From Chiloscyllium plagiosum (Eukaryota), in assembly GCF_004010195.1 (NCBI RefSeq), contig NC_057737.1, positions 11,532,290-11,596,289 on the forward strand: a stretch of 64,000 nucleotides of DNA, read 5' to 3'. Made by a program: the position numbers and the translations under genes. Of this stretch, positions 27,205 to 38,200 are shown piece after piece (positions within the stretch are counted from its first letter, which is position 1; each line of letters opens with the position of its first letter). The notes beneath the pieces were generated by a model. It did no database searches and was not told where the DNA came from. It saw nothing but the letters and a program-made list of their open reading frames with translations.

Positions 27205-27442
27205 AAGTAAACTAAAGCAAGGCTGCAAATGAAAATGATCAACATAAGATTTGCTTTCTAGGTTTATTAAGAGGAGGGATCCATGCTGAAAGTAATTGAA
27301 TCGATACTTTTAGTGAGGTCAAGTCAAAGGAAAGAGTCCCCTAGTCAGCCTCCAACACTGATTTATTTTGAAACTCTGCCACCTGTGTTTCTCTGTGATA
27401 GATTAGAAAGATTGTCTGCAAAGTCTCTCTCATAAATCACCA

Positions 27443-28200
27443 TAGAGTCATAAGAGATGTACAGCACGGACACAGACCCTTCGATCCAATCCGTCCATGC
27501 CGACCAGATAACCCAACCCAATCTAGTCCCACCTGTCAGCACCCGGCCCATACCCCTCCAATTCATATACCCATCCAAATGCCTTTTAAATGTTGCAATT
27601 GTACTAGCCTCCACCACTTCCTCTGGCAGCTTATTCCAAATTCGTACCATTCTCTGCGTGAAAAAGTTGCCCCTTAGGTCTCTTTTATATCTTTCCCCTC
27701 TCACCCCAAACCTATGCCCTCTAGTTCTGGACTCCCCGACGCCAGGGAAAATACCTTGTCTATTTATCCTATCCATGCTCCTCATGATTTTGTAAACCTC
27801 TGTAAGGTCACCCCTCAGCCTCCGACACTCCAGGGAAAACAATCCCAGCCTGTTCAGCCTCTCCCTATAGCTCAAATCCTCCAACCCTGGCAACATCTTT
27901 GTAAATCTTTTCTAAACCCTTTCAAGTTTCACAATATCTTTCTGATAGGAAGGAGACCAGAATTGCATGCAATATTCCAGCAGTGGCCTAACCAATGCCC
28001 TGCACAGCCACAACATGACCTCCCAACTCCTGTACTCAAATACTCTGACCAATAAAGGAAAGCATACCTAACGCCTTCTATACTATCCTATCGACCTGCG
28101 ACTCCACTTATAAGGAGCTATGAACCTGCACTCTTAAGGTCTCTGTTCAGCAACACTCCCTGGGTCCTCACCATTAAGCGTACAAGTCCTGGTAAGAATT
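27443..28200 (-). mobile_element. CR1-like LINE 3' fragment
   Basis: MLPGLEDLSYRERLNRLGLFSLECRRLRGDL...FKRHLD; same family as 10505-11712. Confidence 0.92.
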
Positions 28201-28855
28201 GCCAATCTTCAGTGGCCCTCTGTTCTCAATGTATTGAGTTAAAAACTTTCAACATCAATTAAAAAGACCTCAATAGTCTGATCCCATCCACCATACCCAG
28301 GTAATCTTCCCAAGCCCTACTTCCCTGTTAAGCATTCCAACATTCAATCTGTACTTCATGCTCTCATGCACTCTTTCCCGCCACTTCAAAATATTTTTTG
28401 AAACTAACAATGCTACAAGACTGGGCTCCTTCTACTTTTGTCCCTTTTAGCATATCCCACTCTCTTCATCCATCAATGGCTCAAGCTAGCTAGGTACCCC
28501 ACAAGTTCAAGCATTCTCTCCTTAAATCTCTTCCAGTTCTAATGTCTTTAAAACTCCTCTTAAAAACCCACTGCCCAGCAAGCTTTTAGTATCTACTCCT
28601 AAAATCCTCCTTTAGTTCAGTTTTCTTTTATTCAGTCAGGCACAGCTGACAAGGACAGCCAGTTTATTCAATGCCCATCTGTGGATGCTCTTGAGAAGTT
28701 GGTAGTTAGCCACCTTCTTGAACTGGTGTAGTCTGTATGGCGCAAGTAACACCCACAGTACTATTAAGGAGGAAATTTTAGAAACTTGACACAGCAATGA
28801 AGAAATGGTTCTACATTTACAAGTTAGAGTGGTGTATGTTAGAATAACAGGACCT

Positions 28856-29064
28856 GAAAAATGTGTTGCTGGAAAAGCGCAGCAGGTCAGGCAGCAAAGG
28901 AGCAGGAGAATCGACGTTTCAGGCATAAGCCCTTCTTCAGGAAGAAGGGCTTATATCCGAAACGTTGATTCTCCTGCTCCTTTGATGCTGCCTGACCTGC
29001 TGCGCTTTTCCAGCAACACATTTTTCAGCTCTGATCTCCAGCATCTGCAGTCCTCACTTTCTCC
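28856..29064. mobile_element. Short fold-back Penelope-like element (family C) with hammerhead motif on - strand (28911-28943)
   Basis: ~85-bp inverted arms centred near 28940 and a one-sided tail at 29030-29064. TSD TAGAATAA(C/A)AGGACCT at 28840-28855 and 29065-29080. Core CTGAAGA-AGGGCTTATGCCT-GAAACGTC. Confidence 0.85.
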
Positions 29065-30149
29065 TAGAATAAAAGGACCTACAAGAATTAGGAGGATCAT
29101 TCCCTTTGACCCCTCAAGCCTGTGCCATCTAGCTGTGGTCTTAACTCCACTTTTCTGTCAGCCCCATAACCTTTGATGATCAAAAATGTACGTAACTCAG
29201 CCTTGAATATATTCAATGATCCAGCCTTCATTGTTCTTTACGGAAGAAAATTGTGCAGACTAATAGCCTTCAGAAAAATGTCTCATCTCAGTCTTAAATG
29301 GGAGACCCCTTAACTTTTAAGCTGCGAGCCCTAGATCTAGATTTCTTCATGACAAAAAACACCTTCTTGACATCTGCTCATGCAAGCCCCCTCATTCCAG
29401 TATGTTTCAAATAACAGCTTCTCTCACCCTTCTAAATTCTAATGTGTACAAGCCCAACCTTCCTCAAAATAATCCTTTCAATCCAGGGATAAATTGAGTG
29501 AATGAGCTCTGCAAAACACAGTTTTCTATATTTCCTTTGTGCTATCTGCAAAATTATCCACCACACATTTGGCCCCTTCATCCAAAGTCACTGTAACTGA
29601 TCTGAAGACTGAAGTAAAGACACAGGTAGCTCAAGCAACTATGATGGTTAACCCACCAAGAAGGTGCAAATTTCTTTTTGATTTTCACATAAAAGGGTGG
29701 TAGTTTGGGGAGTGCCAACGATATATCAAGTTATAAAGAATGATAAACCAAAGCTGATAGTGCCTTACAGCCAAAGAAGCTTTCAAGCCTTGTCACTGTT
29801 GTAAAAACAATTTCCAAACAGCAATGTATAGTTCCAATTCCCATAACACTAAGATACTTCAACAAGATCAACTCTCAAGTACTGAATAACAGCAGAGGGT
29901 TTTCGAACTTTCTTCATGAAGTCAGAACTTTAACAGAGGGAGATAGGCCTTGTAGCACTTCTCTGCACTGCTTTCAGCACTTCCATGTTCCAGTGACCAG
30001 AGGTGGACACATACAGAAAATTCGAACTGAGATATTAGAGAATCATGAAAACTTATGTATTCATTATACAAACGTTTGATGCAAGTACAGAAATCGGGGG
30101 CAGGACAGTAATATACTTAAATTAATTAGCATTGAGAGAAGGTATTAGC

Positions 30150-31260
30150 AGCTTTAACATGGGATAGATTTCCAAGATCAAATGAAATGTGAGGTGGTGC
30201 ACTTTTGAAGAAGGAACAAGACGAGAGTGCTCAATAAATGACAAGGATCTAGGAAGACAGTAATTTTGGTGTGCTTGTTGTAGGGTAGGTTGTAGGTGGC
30301 TTTATGGGACACTTGCTATAATATATTCCTCAAATGATAATAAAAGCAGGAAGGTTATGTTGGTGCTGTCCAGAATTTTGGTCAGACCACAACTGGAGTA
30401 GTGTGTACAGTTCTGGTCACCATACTATAGAAAGGATGTGATTGCACTGGAGGAGATTCAGAGGAGATTCATCAGGATGATGAGAGCATTTTAGCGACAA
30501 AGAGAGGTTGGCTAAGCTCAGGTTGTTTTCTTTGGAGCAGAGAAGATTGGGGGGCACCTGATAAACTTATAGAGCTCTATCAGGGGCATGGCCTCTGCCC
30601 TTTGTGAACTTATACAGCTCTATCAGGTGATAAAAAGCAGAATTCCCCTTAGATGAAGGGAATAATAGGATACTGATTAAAAGTGAAAGGCAAGAGGTTC
30701 AGAGGGAATTTGAGGAAACATTTGTACTAGAAACTGGGATTAGAATAGATCGATGTTTGATGACCAGCACAAACACAATGGGCCTCTCTCTGTGCTGTTA
30801 AATCCTCTGATCTGCCATTCATCAGTAAGCATTTATATATAAGCTCAAATCTTTTTCAAGTCTCTAATTAACCATGGATGGTGGATCTTCCCTTTAGAAT
30901 TTTGCTTTATAGTAGAAATGAAAATATTTTCAGTATTCTGAAATATCCCCTTAAATTTCTGCCACTGCATCTCCATTATTCTAAATGGGAAGAATTCAAA
31001 AGTCTGAAGTGCAAAGAAATGGCAGCCAGTGACATATGGTATTCCACAAGGCTCAATGTTGGGACCACAATGTTTCACATTATATTTTAATGATACAGAT
31101 GAAGGAACTGAGGGCATTCTAGCTAAGTTTGCAGACGATACAAAGATAGGGCAACGAACAGGTAACATTGAGGAGATAAGGAGGCTGCAAAAGCATTTGG
31201 ACAGGTTAGGATAGTGGACAAAGAATGGCAGATGGAATACAACATGGGAAAATGGGAGGT
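30150..31260 (+). mobile_element. Cluster of decayed CR1-like fragments
   Basis: GIPQGSMLGP...AKFADDTKIG (31029-31214) and CAGACCACAACTGGAGTAGTGTGTACAGTTCTGGTCACC (~30385). Confidence 0.7.
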
Positions 31261-31311
31261 CAGTACATCAGACAAGAACACCACCCTTGTCAGCAGGAAA
31301 GATTACAAAGT

Positions 31312-31399
31312 TGAAACTTTATTGCTGGAACAGCACAGCAGGTCAGGCAGCATCCAGGGAACAGGAGATTCGACGTTTCGGGCACAGGCCCTTCTTCAG
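31312..31399 (-). mobile_element. Single-arm Penelope-like short element (family C) with intact hammerhead motif (31368-31402)
   Basis: Minus strand TTC-CTGAAGA-AGGGCCTGTGCCC-GAAACGTC-GAA. Flanking direct repeat CAGGAAAGATTACAAAGT at 31294-31311 and 31397-31414. Confidence 0.8.
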
Positions 31400-31789
31400 G
31401 AAAGATTACAAAGTCTGGATTGGATTTGAATGGATTGGAGGGTGAATGGTAATGGCAGCTGATGTCACATTGACAATTCCGAATGAATACATCAAGTGCA
31501 GGTAGGTAAAAGGCCATAGGAAGGAGTCCAAGTTGGGGAAGAGTGTTGGAGGCAGGTGAAGGGGTGTCTGTTGGTCAGGGAGTGAACTCTTGTCCAACTG
31601 AATAGGCATGGAGGCAAAGGCAATGGCAGAAAAATTCAATGTCATGTTGTCCGATTGAGGCAGGGATACAAAGAGGTAAAACTAAGTCCTTTGTTGACTA
31701 CAGAATGTTCAGCACATAACAGGAGGTCAGAATAGATAGTAAATGCTCGACAAGAGCTGGGGTCATGGGAAAGGCATAATTTAGGCTAC

Positions 31790-32110
31790 TAGCCCAACGT
31801 AGTACAAAGGGAGCACCGTCGGAGATGTTATCTTTCATATGAGAAGGCTGACAGCTTCAGTTTAACGTCTCAATTCCATACGAAAGGACCCATGGCACCA
31901 TTTTGAAGAATAGGGCAACGCTCCTTAACGACAGTTACCTCTTGACCAACAATATGCTGTTTGTGGGATCTTGTTGTGCACAAAAACCATTACCACGCGC
32001 CCCGCATTACGACAGGGCACAAACATCAAAGTAGTATTCAACAGGGCGCAAATCAAAGAGGGCTTCGAAAAGTCCCGAGCTGCTGAGAGGGGTTGTATAA
32101 GTAGATTTTC
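31790..32110 (+). mobile_element. Decayed Deu-domain-like SINE
   Basis: GGACCCATGGCACCATTTTGAAGAATAGGG and GCTGTTTGTGGGATCTTGTTGTGCACAAA blocks. Confidence 0.45.
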
Positions 32111-32168
32111 TTTCGAACCGAGTCTTCCTCCCTCCCCCCGGTGACAGAAATCCGGCCCCTGCACCTAC

Positions 32169-32289
32169 TTTCTATAAAGTCCTTGCACTCCTCCTTCAGT
32201 TCTGTTGTGCTTTGCGCCACTTCAGGGTCCAAGACCCGGAGTTTGTTGAGTTCGTCGAAGTGCAGGCCGGCCTCCCCCAGGGCTTCCAT
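32169..32289 (-). CDS. IFT20: IFT20 (intraflagellar transport 20) coding exon 1
   Basis: [40 protein letters not shown]+A. Donor GTAGGT. The four exons total 393 nt (130 aa). Confidence 0.96.
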
Positions 32290-32900
32290 CGCTACCACAA
32301 TCAACAGGGTCCTGCCGTCCCCTATCCCGCTGCCACGGCGACAGCGACGGCTCTCTTCCCCGCGCTACCGCGCATGAGCAGTCCGTGAGGGGGTGGGACC
32401 ATTCCAGAAGCCGCGCATGCTCAGTATCAAATCTCCCGATTGTCTCTCAACGCAGTGTGGGCTCGTGCAACATTCTTTATTTTTGATCTCTCTCAGCAGA
32501 CAGAGCGGTGAACTTTCGTTTGCCTTATTTCGAAATTTTAGGAGACAGAAGGATTTTTTAAAATGACTCACTTCAGCACAACATAGAATAGCGATTTAAG
32601 CAATCGTACCTCGCTCTTTTGTCATATTAAATGATAAATTTACCGGTGGACCTGCTAAGAATGGCACCAACCATTTAACGTCGCTCCGGCTGTATTGTCA
32701 GTGCAAGACGACGGCGGGAAATATTTGTGCGCGTGTACAGTGAGTCGGGTGCCGGCGGGGGAGGCCTGCGCAGTAAGACAGGTGCCGGCGGGGGTCGAAG
32801 TCACGTGCGACCACCCTCGCGCCGGAAGTGGAGGAGGAGCGGCCGCGGCGGTGGTGGTTTGGATGGTCGGCACGGTAACTCCTGCAGGTACTGGGCCTAC
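32290..32900. promoter_or_regulatory. CpG-rich bidirectional promoter IFT20/TNFAIP1
   Basis: Strongest CpG cluster in the window. X-box-like GCTGCCACGGCGAC (32329-32342), two CGCGCATG NRF1-like sites (~32370, ~32412), E2F-like GGCGGGAAA (32713), E-box TCACGTG (32801), ETS CCGGAAGTG (32822). Confidence 0.75.
32825..32874 (+). other. TNFAIP1: Probable non-coding first exon of TNFAIP1
   Basis: GC-rich stretch after the ETS site ending in ACG|GTAACT (alternative donor CAG|GTACTG at 32888). Inferred because the first coding exon has an upstream acceptor at 46333. Confidence 0.45.
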
Positions 32901-33273
32901 TTCGGAGGGGGTGGATGGGTGGGGAGTGAATTACCTGACTAAAACAATCTAACTCGCTGTGGACGGTGCTGTGAGAACGCGAGTTCAGCAAAACGGACTG
33001 GGCGCCCATCGACAAAGGGATGGACATGTCAGCAACCGTCTCAACAGAAGCGAGTTCACGTTCCTCATGGCAGCTGGAAGAAATGATCGTAGAGGTTGGC
33101 ACTCTCTCAGACTGACCGGAGACCTTTAACTGAACCGTTTAACTGGGCTAGGCTATTGGTAAAGGGTGGAACTGGATATTCCCAAGGCTGCATCGGTTTC
33201 AACACGTTCTCCCCTTGGCCTCACCAATACTGCTGAGCATCCCCACTGTTTCTAAATGACCAGACTGTACTCA

Positions 33274-33388
33274 CGATGTGGAGGTGCCAGTATTGGACTG
33301 GGGTGCACAGAGTTAAAATTTGCACAACATCAGGTTCCAAATAAATCTGCTGGACTATAACCCGATGTTGTGTGATTTTTAACTTTGT
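33274..33388. mobile_element. Short fold-back element (family A), centre deleted, no hammerhead core
   Basis: Arms match 5792-5969. Perfect 14-bp TSD CCAGACTGTACTCA at 33260-33273 and 33389-33402. Confidence 0.8.
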
Positions 33389-33849
33389 CCAGACTGTACT
33401 CAGCAACAGCAATTTCTACTAATGTTGGAAAGATGAAAGAAGCCTTCAGCTTTTGTTGCTTTCAGTCCCTTTGTTACTGGTTCCACTCCTCCTTAGTAAT
33501 TGTCTGCAGTTGAATCTGGCTATTTCCAACATTAACATTCAATTTGACTTCAATAAAAGACTCCCAAACAAAGACTGCCTAGTTCCACCCCTGAAACATA
33601 GCCTGACCCTGGTTCAGTTCATCTGCTGAAACAAATTCATGTGTTTGTTATCTTCAGACACTGCTATTCCAATGTGTCTCAGCTTCCCATGATTTACCCT
33701 TCAAAACTTGTCATTCTGCCATATGTTGTACGTGTACCAAGTCCCTTTCAGTGTCCATTCTGCCCAATTAAGTGATATTGCATTTTGAAGTTTTCATCCT
33801 TATTTTCAGATTTTGCCAGAACTTTATCCTTCCTTATCTGATTTTGATC

Positions 33850-34985
33850 TTATTTGATTTATTTTTGTCTCATACCCAAGTAACAAAAAGTATTGCTTTG
33901 CATGCTAGCCAGACAAATCATACCTTATGTAAGTATATTAGGGTATAGAATAAAGCGAAAATGCAGAGAATGATCAACACTGATACATGAGAGGTCTGCT
34001 CATAAATCTGGTAATAGCAGGGAAGAAGCTGTCCTTAAATCTGCTGTTATGTGTTTTGAAACTTTTGCGTCTTCTGTCCAATGGAAGAGATTATAACCAG
34101 GGTGGGAGGGGTCATAGATTATGTTGGCTGCTTTCTGAATCAACAGAATTATAGACTTTGTCAATGTAAGGAAAGCTGATGTGTGTGATGGACTGTGGTG
34201 CGTTCACAACTCTGTAATTTTTTGTGGTCTTGCGCAGGGCCCTACCAAGCTGTGAAGCATTCGATAAGATGTTTTCAATGGTGCATTCATAAAAAATGGT
34301 AAAAGCCATTGTGGACATGCTGAATTTCCTTAGCCTTCAAGGGAAGTAGAGGCACACCAGTCAAGTGGAATGGATGGACTAGGATAAATTGTTGGTGATA
34401 TTTATTCCTAGGAGATTGAAGCTCTTGACTATCTCCCCTCAGCACCATTGGTACAGACAGGGCATGTCCTTCATACTGCTTCCTGAAGTCAATGATCAGC
34501 TGTTTTGTTTTGCTGACATTGAGAGAGAGATTGTAGTCTTTATACCATACCACTATGCTCTCTATCTCTTTCCTGTACTCTGTCTCATTATTGATTGAGA
34601 TCCAACGCAATACAATTGTGTCAGCAAATTTGTAAATAGAGTTAGAGATGAATTTGGTCACACAGTCGTGTCAGCATTAGGAATATCGCAAGAGGCTGAA
34701 TATGCAGCCTTGTAGGGCACTGGTGTTGAGGATTATCATGGAGGTGATGTTGTCGCCCGTCTTTACTGATTGTGATCTGTGGGTCGGGAAGCCAAGGATC
34801 CAATTGCAGAGGGTGAAGCAGAATTCTGGATCTGGGTTTGGAGATGTGGTTGGTTGGAATTATGGTGTTGAAGGTGGAGCTGAAGTCAACAAACAGGAGT
34901 CTGATGTACGGGTCCTTGTTATCCACATGTTCCAAGCATGAGTGTAGGGCCAGGAAAATAGCATCTGCCGTGGGCCTGTTGCCGT
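33850..34985 (-). mobile_element. Rex1/Babar-like LINE RT remnant
   Basis: [25 protein letters not shown]; KFADT...NLSLNVSKTKQLIIDFRK; FYECTIENILS. Confidence 0.85.
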
Positions 34986-35270
34986 GTGCAATTTCCTGCA
35001 GACTCTAACTCCCCAACATGTCTATAATGTTCATACTCTGGTCACTTGAATTTAATTCCTCTGTTGTTGGTGACTATGTCTTTACCAGTCTCATTCCCTT
35101 CCGAAAGATTTCTATACTGCTGTTTGTCTTTTAAGACACTTAAACCTACTGCTTTGATAAAGCTTTTGGTCATCTACCATCTCATTCTTGTGGCTCGGCA
35201 TCAAATTTTGGTTCTTGGCTCTCCTATGAAATGTGCCTTGGAACATGTTACTGTGTTAAAGTCGTATGTA

Positions 35271-38200
35271 GACTTGGCAAGAAGGCAGCGATTCAGTAGA
35301 ACTGCCTTGGATAGCTCTGCCTAACAGCCAAGGCATATTGGTGGGTTTTTTTTTAACAATCCCTGGCCAACTTCTATGGAGAAATTGTTAATTTAAAAAC
35401 ATGAAGAACACATATTCATTGACAATTTGGAGTCTGACGGATGCCAAAAGGAAAAGGAGCAAGCAAACAGCAGTATGAAGGACACTCCCCCACAGCAGCA
35501 GCCTCTCCCGAACACCCGGGGGACCTGACAGACTCACAGAAATTGGCAGCAGCAATGGCGAGACTTACCATGAAGGTTAAGGCTGTGATTGAGGCGATCC
35601 GTGCCCAAGTCCAACCCATCGTGTCCATGTTGCAGAAGCATGAACGGGGAGCTCCAGGTCCTCGGGGAGCGGATAGAGGAGGTGGAGGGTTGAACCACAG
35701 GCTTGGAAGTGGCTATCGGGTCCTTGTCCGGACGGATGCAGGTACTGAAGCAGGAAGTGCAGGCCTTGCGTGATCAGGTCGACGACCTCGAAAGTCAAGG
35801 TAGGAGGACGAATCTTTGGATTGTTGGGCTCACAGAGGGTGAAGATGGTGGGTAGCCAGTCAGCTTGTTTGAAAACTGGCTGCCGCAGTTCCTGGGCCTT
35901 CAAATTGAATCTGGACGGCTGCACATTGAGGGGCTGGGCCTGTACAGTGCCCCACCTGGTCCTATCGCACTTCCTCACATACAGGTACAAGCATAGAAGC
36001 CTCCAGATTACTGGGGAAAGATCCACAGGCACTGCTGCACAAGGGGTCAAAGATCATGTTTTTCCAGGACTTCTCAGCTGCTATAATTTGAGAGAGGAAA
36101 TCCTTCGATGAAGTTAAAAAAAAAGCTGAGGAACCTGGGCATCCAGTACTCCATGAGGTACCCCGCGGTGCTCCATTTCAGCCACGCAGATTCAGTTTAT
36201 ATGTTTGACTGCGGATAAAGCCAAGAACTTTGTAGACACTTTAAAATTATCCAATTAGTCTGAAGAATACGGTTAATGTTCCTCCTGTTTTCCTTCTATC
36301 CCTGTGTTTTCCCTTTCCCTTTTTTCTCTTTCCATAATTTTTAAAAAATTCTTGGAATATATTGTTCCTATTATATTTTTATAACTGGATTTTATCACAG
36401 AATTTTGTGGGTGCCTTTTGTTGTTTTCCCCTTTTTTTATTCTTTTAGTCACAAGTTGGGTGATATGGAACCGGGGATAGGAGTGCTTATTCTGACTTTG
36501 TCGTCTTTTGTTGACTTAAGGGTCATCTCCTTGTTTATTTATTTATTTTTGCCTAAGGCTGTGGCACAGTCCAGGCCTGAAGGAGCTGTGCAGGAGGGAA
36601 TGGGTAGGGCATGTGCCCCCTGTCGGCAGGGGGGAGAGTCTCCTGTTCAAGATTTTATGTTTGGTTTCTTTGTAGTTTTTTGGTAGCAATAGTTGTTTGT
36701 AGTTAGGATAGGGTATTTTTGTATACACAATTTTGCGACTCTTCATTTACTTGTGCTCGGCACATTGCAAGCAGGGTTCTCCTCGGGGGTTCAAGGATCT
36801 CTGAAAGGGGATAGGGCTAAGTGTCTTGTTAAATGATGCACCTGGAACATCAAGGGAAGTCATCCACCTGTTAAAGGAAAAAAGGTGCTAGCTTTAAGGG
36901 GAAATGTCTTGATATCGTCTGTTGCAGGAAACCCATCTTGATGATGGGGGACATCTGAAGTTATAACAGGGGATTATGATTGGTTATTCTTTTCATTCTT
37001 TACTACTAAAAGTAGTGAAGTGGCTGTACTTATCCAGAAAAATCTTCCATTCACATTATTAGAGTAGGTGAAAGATGAGCAAGGACAGTTTGTGATACTC
37101 AAGGCCTAATACGTGGGGAGGAATATAGCATTTTAAATGTCTACTGTCCTCTGGCACATCCCCTCAAATTTTTGATTATTGCCTTTTCTAAGTTGAGTGC
37201 CTTTGGAACACGGCACATTATTATGGGGGGGGGGATTTCAATTGTCCTTTGGATCCAACAGTGGACAGGATGCCTTGTGGGCCCTCAACTATTTCTTCGC
37301 AGGTCAAGCAGGTGGTTGATTTATGGGAGGAGTTGGGGCTGGTGGACATTTGGAGATATCTTCACTCTACCGGCGGGACTTCATTTTTTTTCAAACTCAC
37401 ATAAATGTCACACAAGGATTGGTATTTTTTGGCTCCCTCGACACTTCTGGATTCAATTATGGGTTGTAAAATTGGGAATATAGGTATCTCTGATCACACA
37501 ACGGTATATTTGGAGGTTAAGGCCAAGAGTGAGTGGCTAGGTTTGTGGCACTGGCATCTGGATCCTTTTCTCCTTAAGGATTCCAAATTTGTGGAATGCT
37601 TTTTGAGGGAGTTTCAGGACGACTTGACTATCAACTTGAGCACAGCTAGTAGTCCATCTATGCTATGGGAGACCGCTAAGGCCTCTGCTAGGGGATTAGC
37701 TATTTCCTGTTTGGCTAGCCGGAAATGACCGAGGGGAGAACAGCAGCGTCTACTTGAGACGTGGCCGAAAGCTGCTGAGATGGCATGTTTTGTGAGGCCT
37801 TTGGTAACCAAGCTACAGCAGATCACAGCCCTTTGGGCTGCCTTGAATTCAATACTTACACAAACCGCAAAGAAAGAACTTGCTTTTGTGAAACAAAGGC
37901 TGCTCGATATGGGGATAGGCCAGCGAAGTATTTAACATATCTGACTAGAAAAAAGCGTGCTCCTTAATCCATTACTGCAGTTAGAAACTGCGCCGGGGTC
38001 CTTACATACGATGTCAAAAGGATTAATGAGTCTTTTTGGTCTGAAGGTTGCGAGGATAGGAGAGCCAAGATGGAAGCTCTTTTTTTTAAGAGCCTGGACC
38101 TCCCCGGGGACAACCCTGGAAAAGGCCTCCCTCCTTAATGCCCCCTTGACGGTTCAGGAAATACAGGAGGCAGCTAGGCAACTTCAAAGTGGGAAAGCAC

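Noticed and set aside
28856-29064. Classification of the palindromic elements as DNA-transposon MITEs or miRNA hairpins
   Set aside because: Asymmetric arms, variable centres, single-arm copies, hammerhead cores and GIY-YIG-coding relatives point to Penelope-type retroelements.
32655-33102. GC-rich ORFs over the promoter
   Set aside because: Low-complexity translations expected in a CpG island; no recognisable protein.
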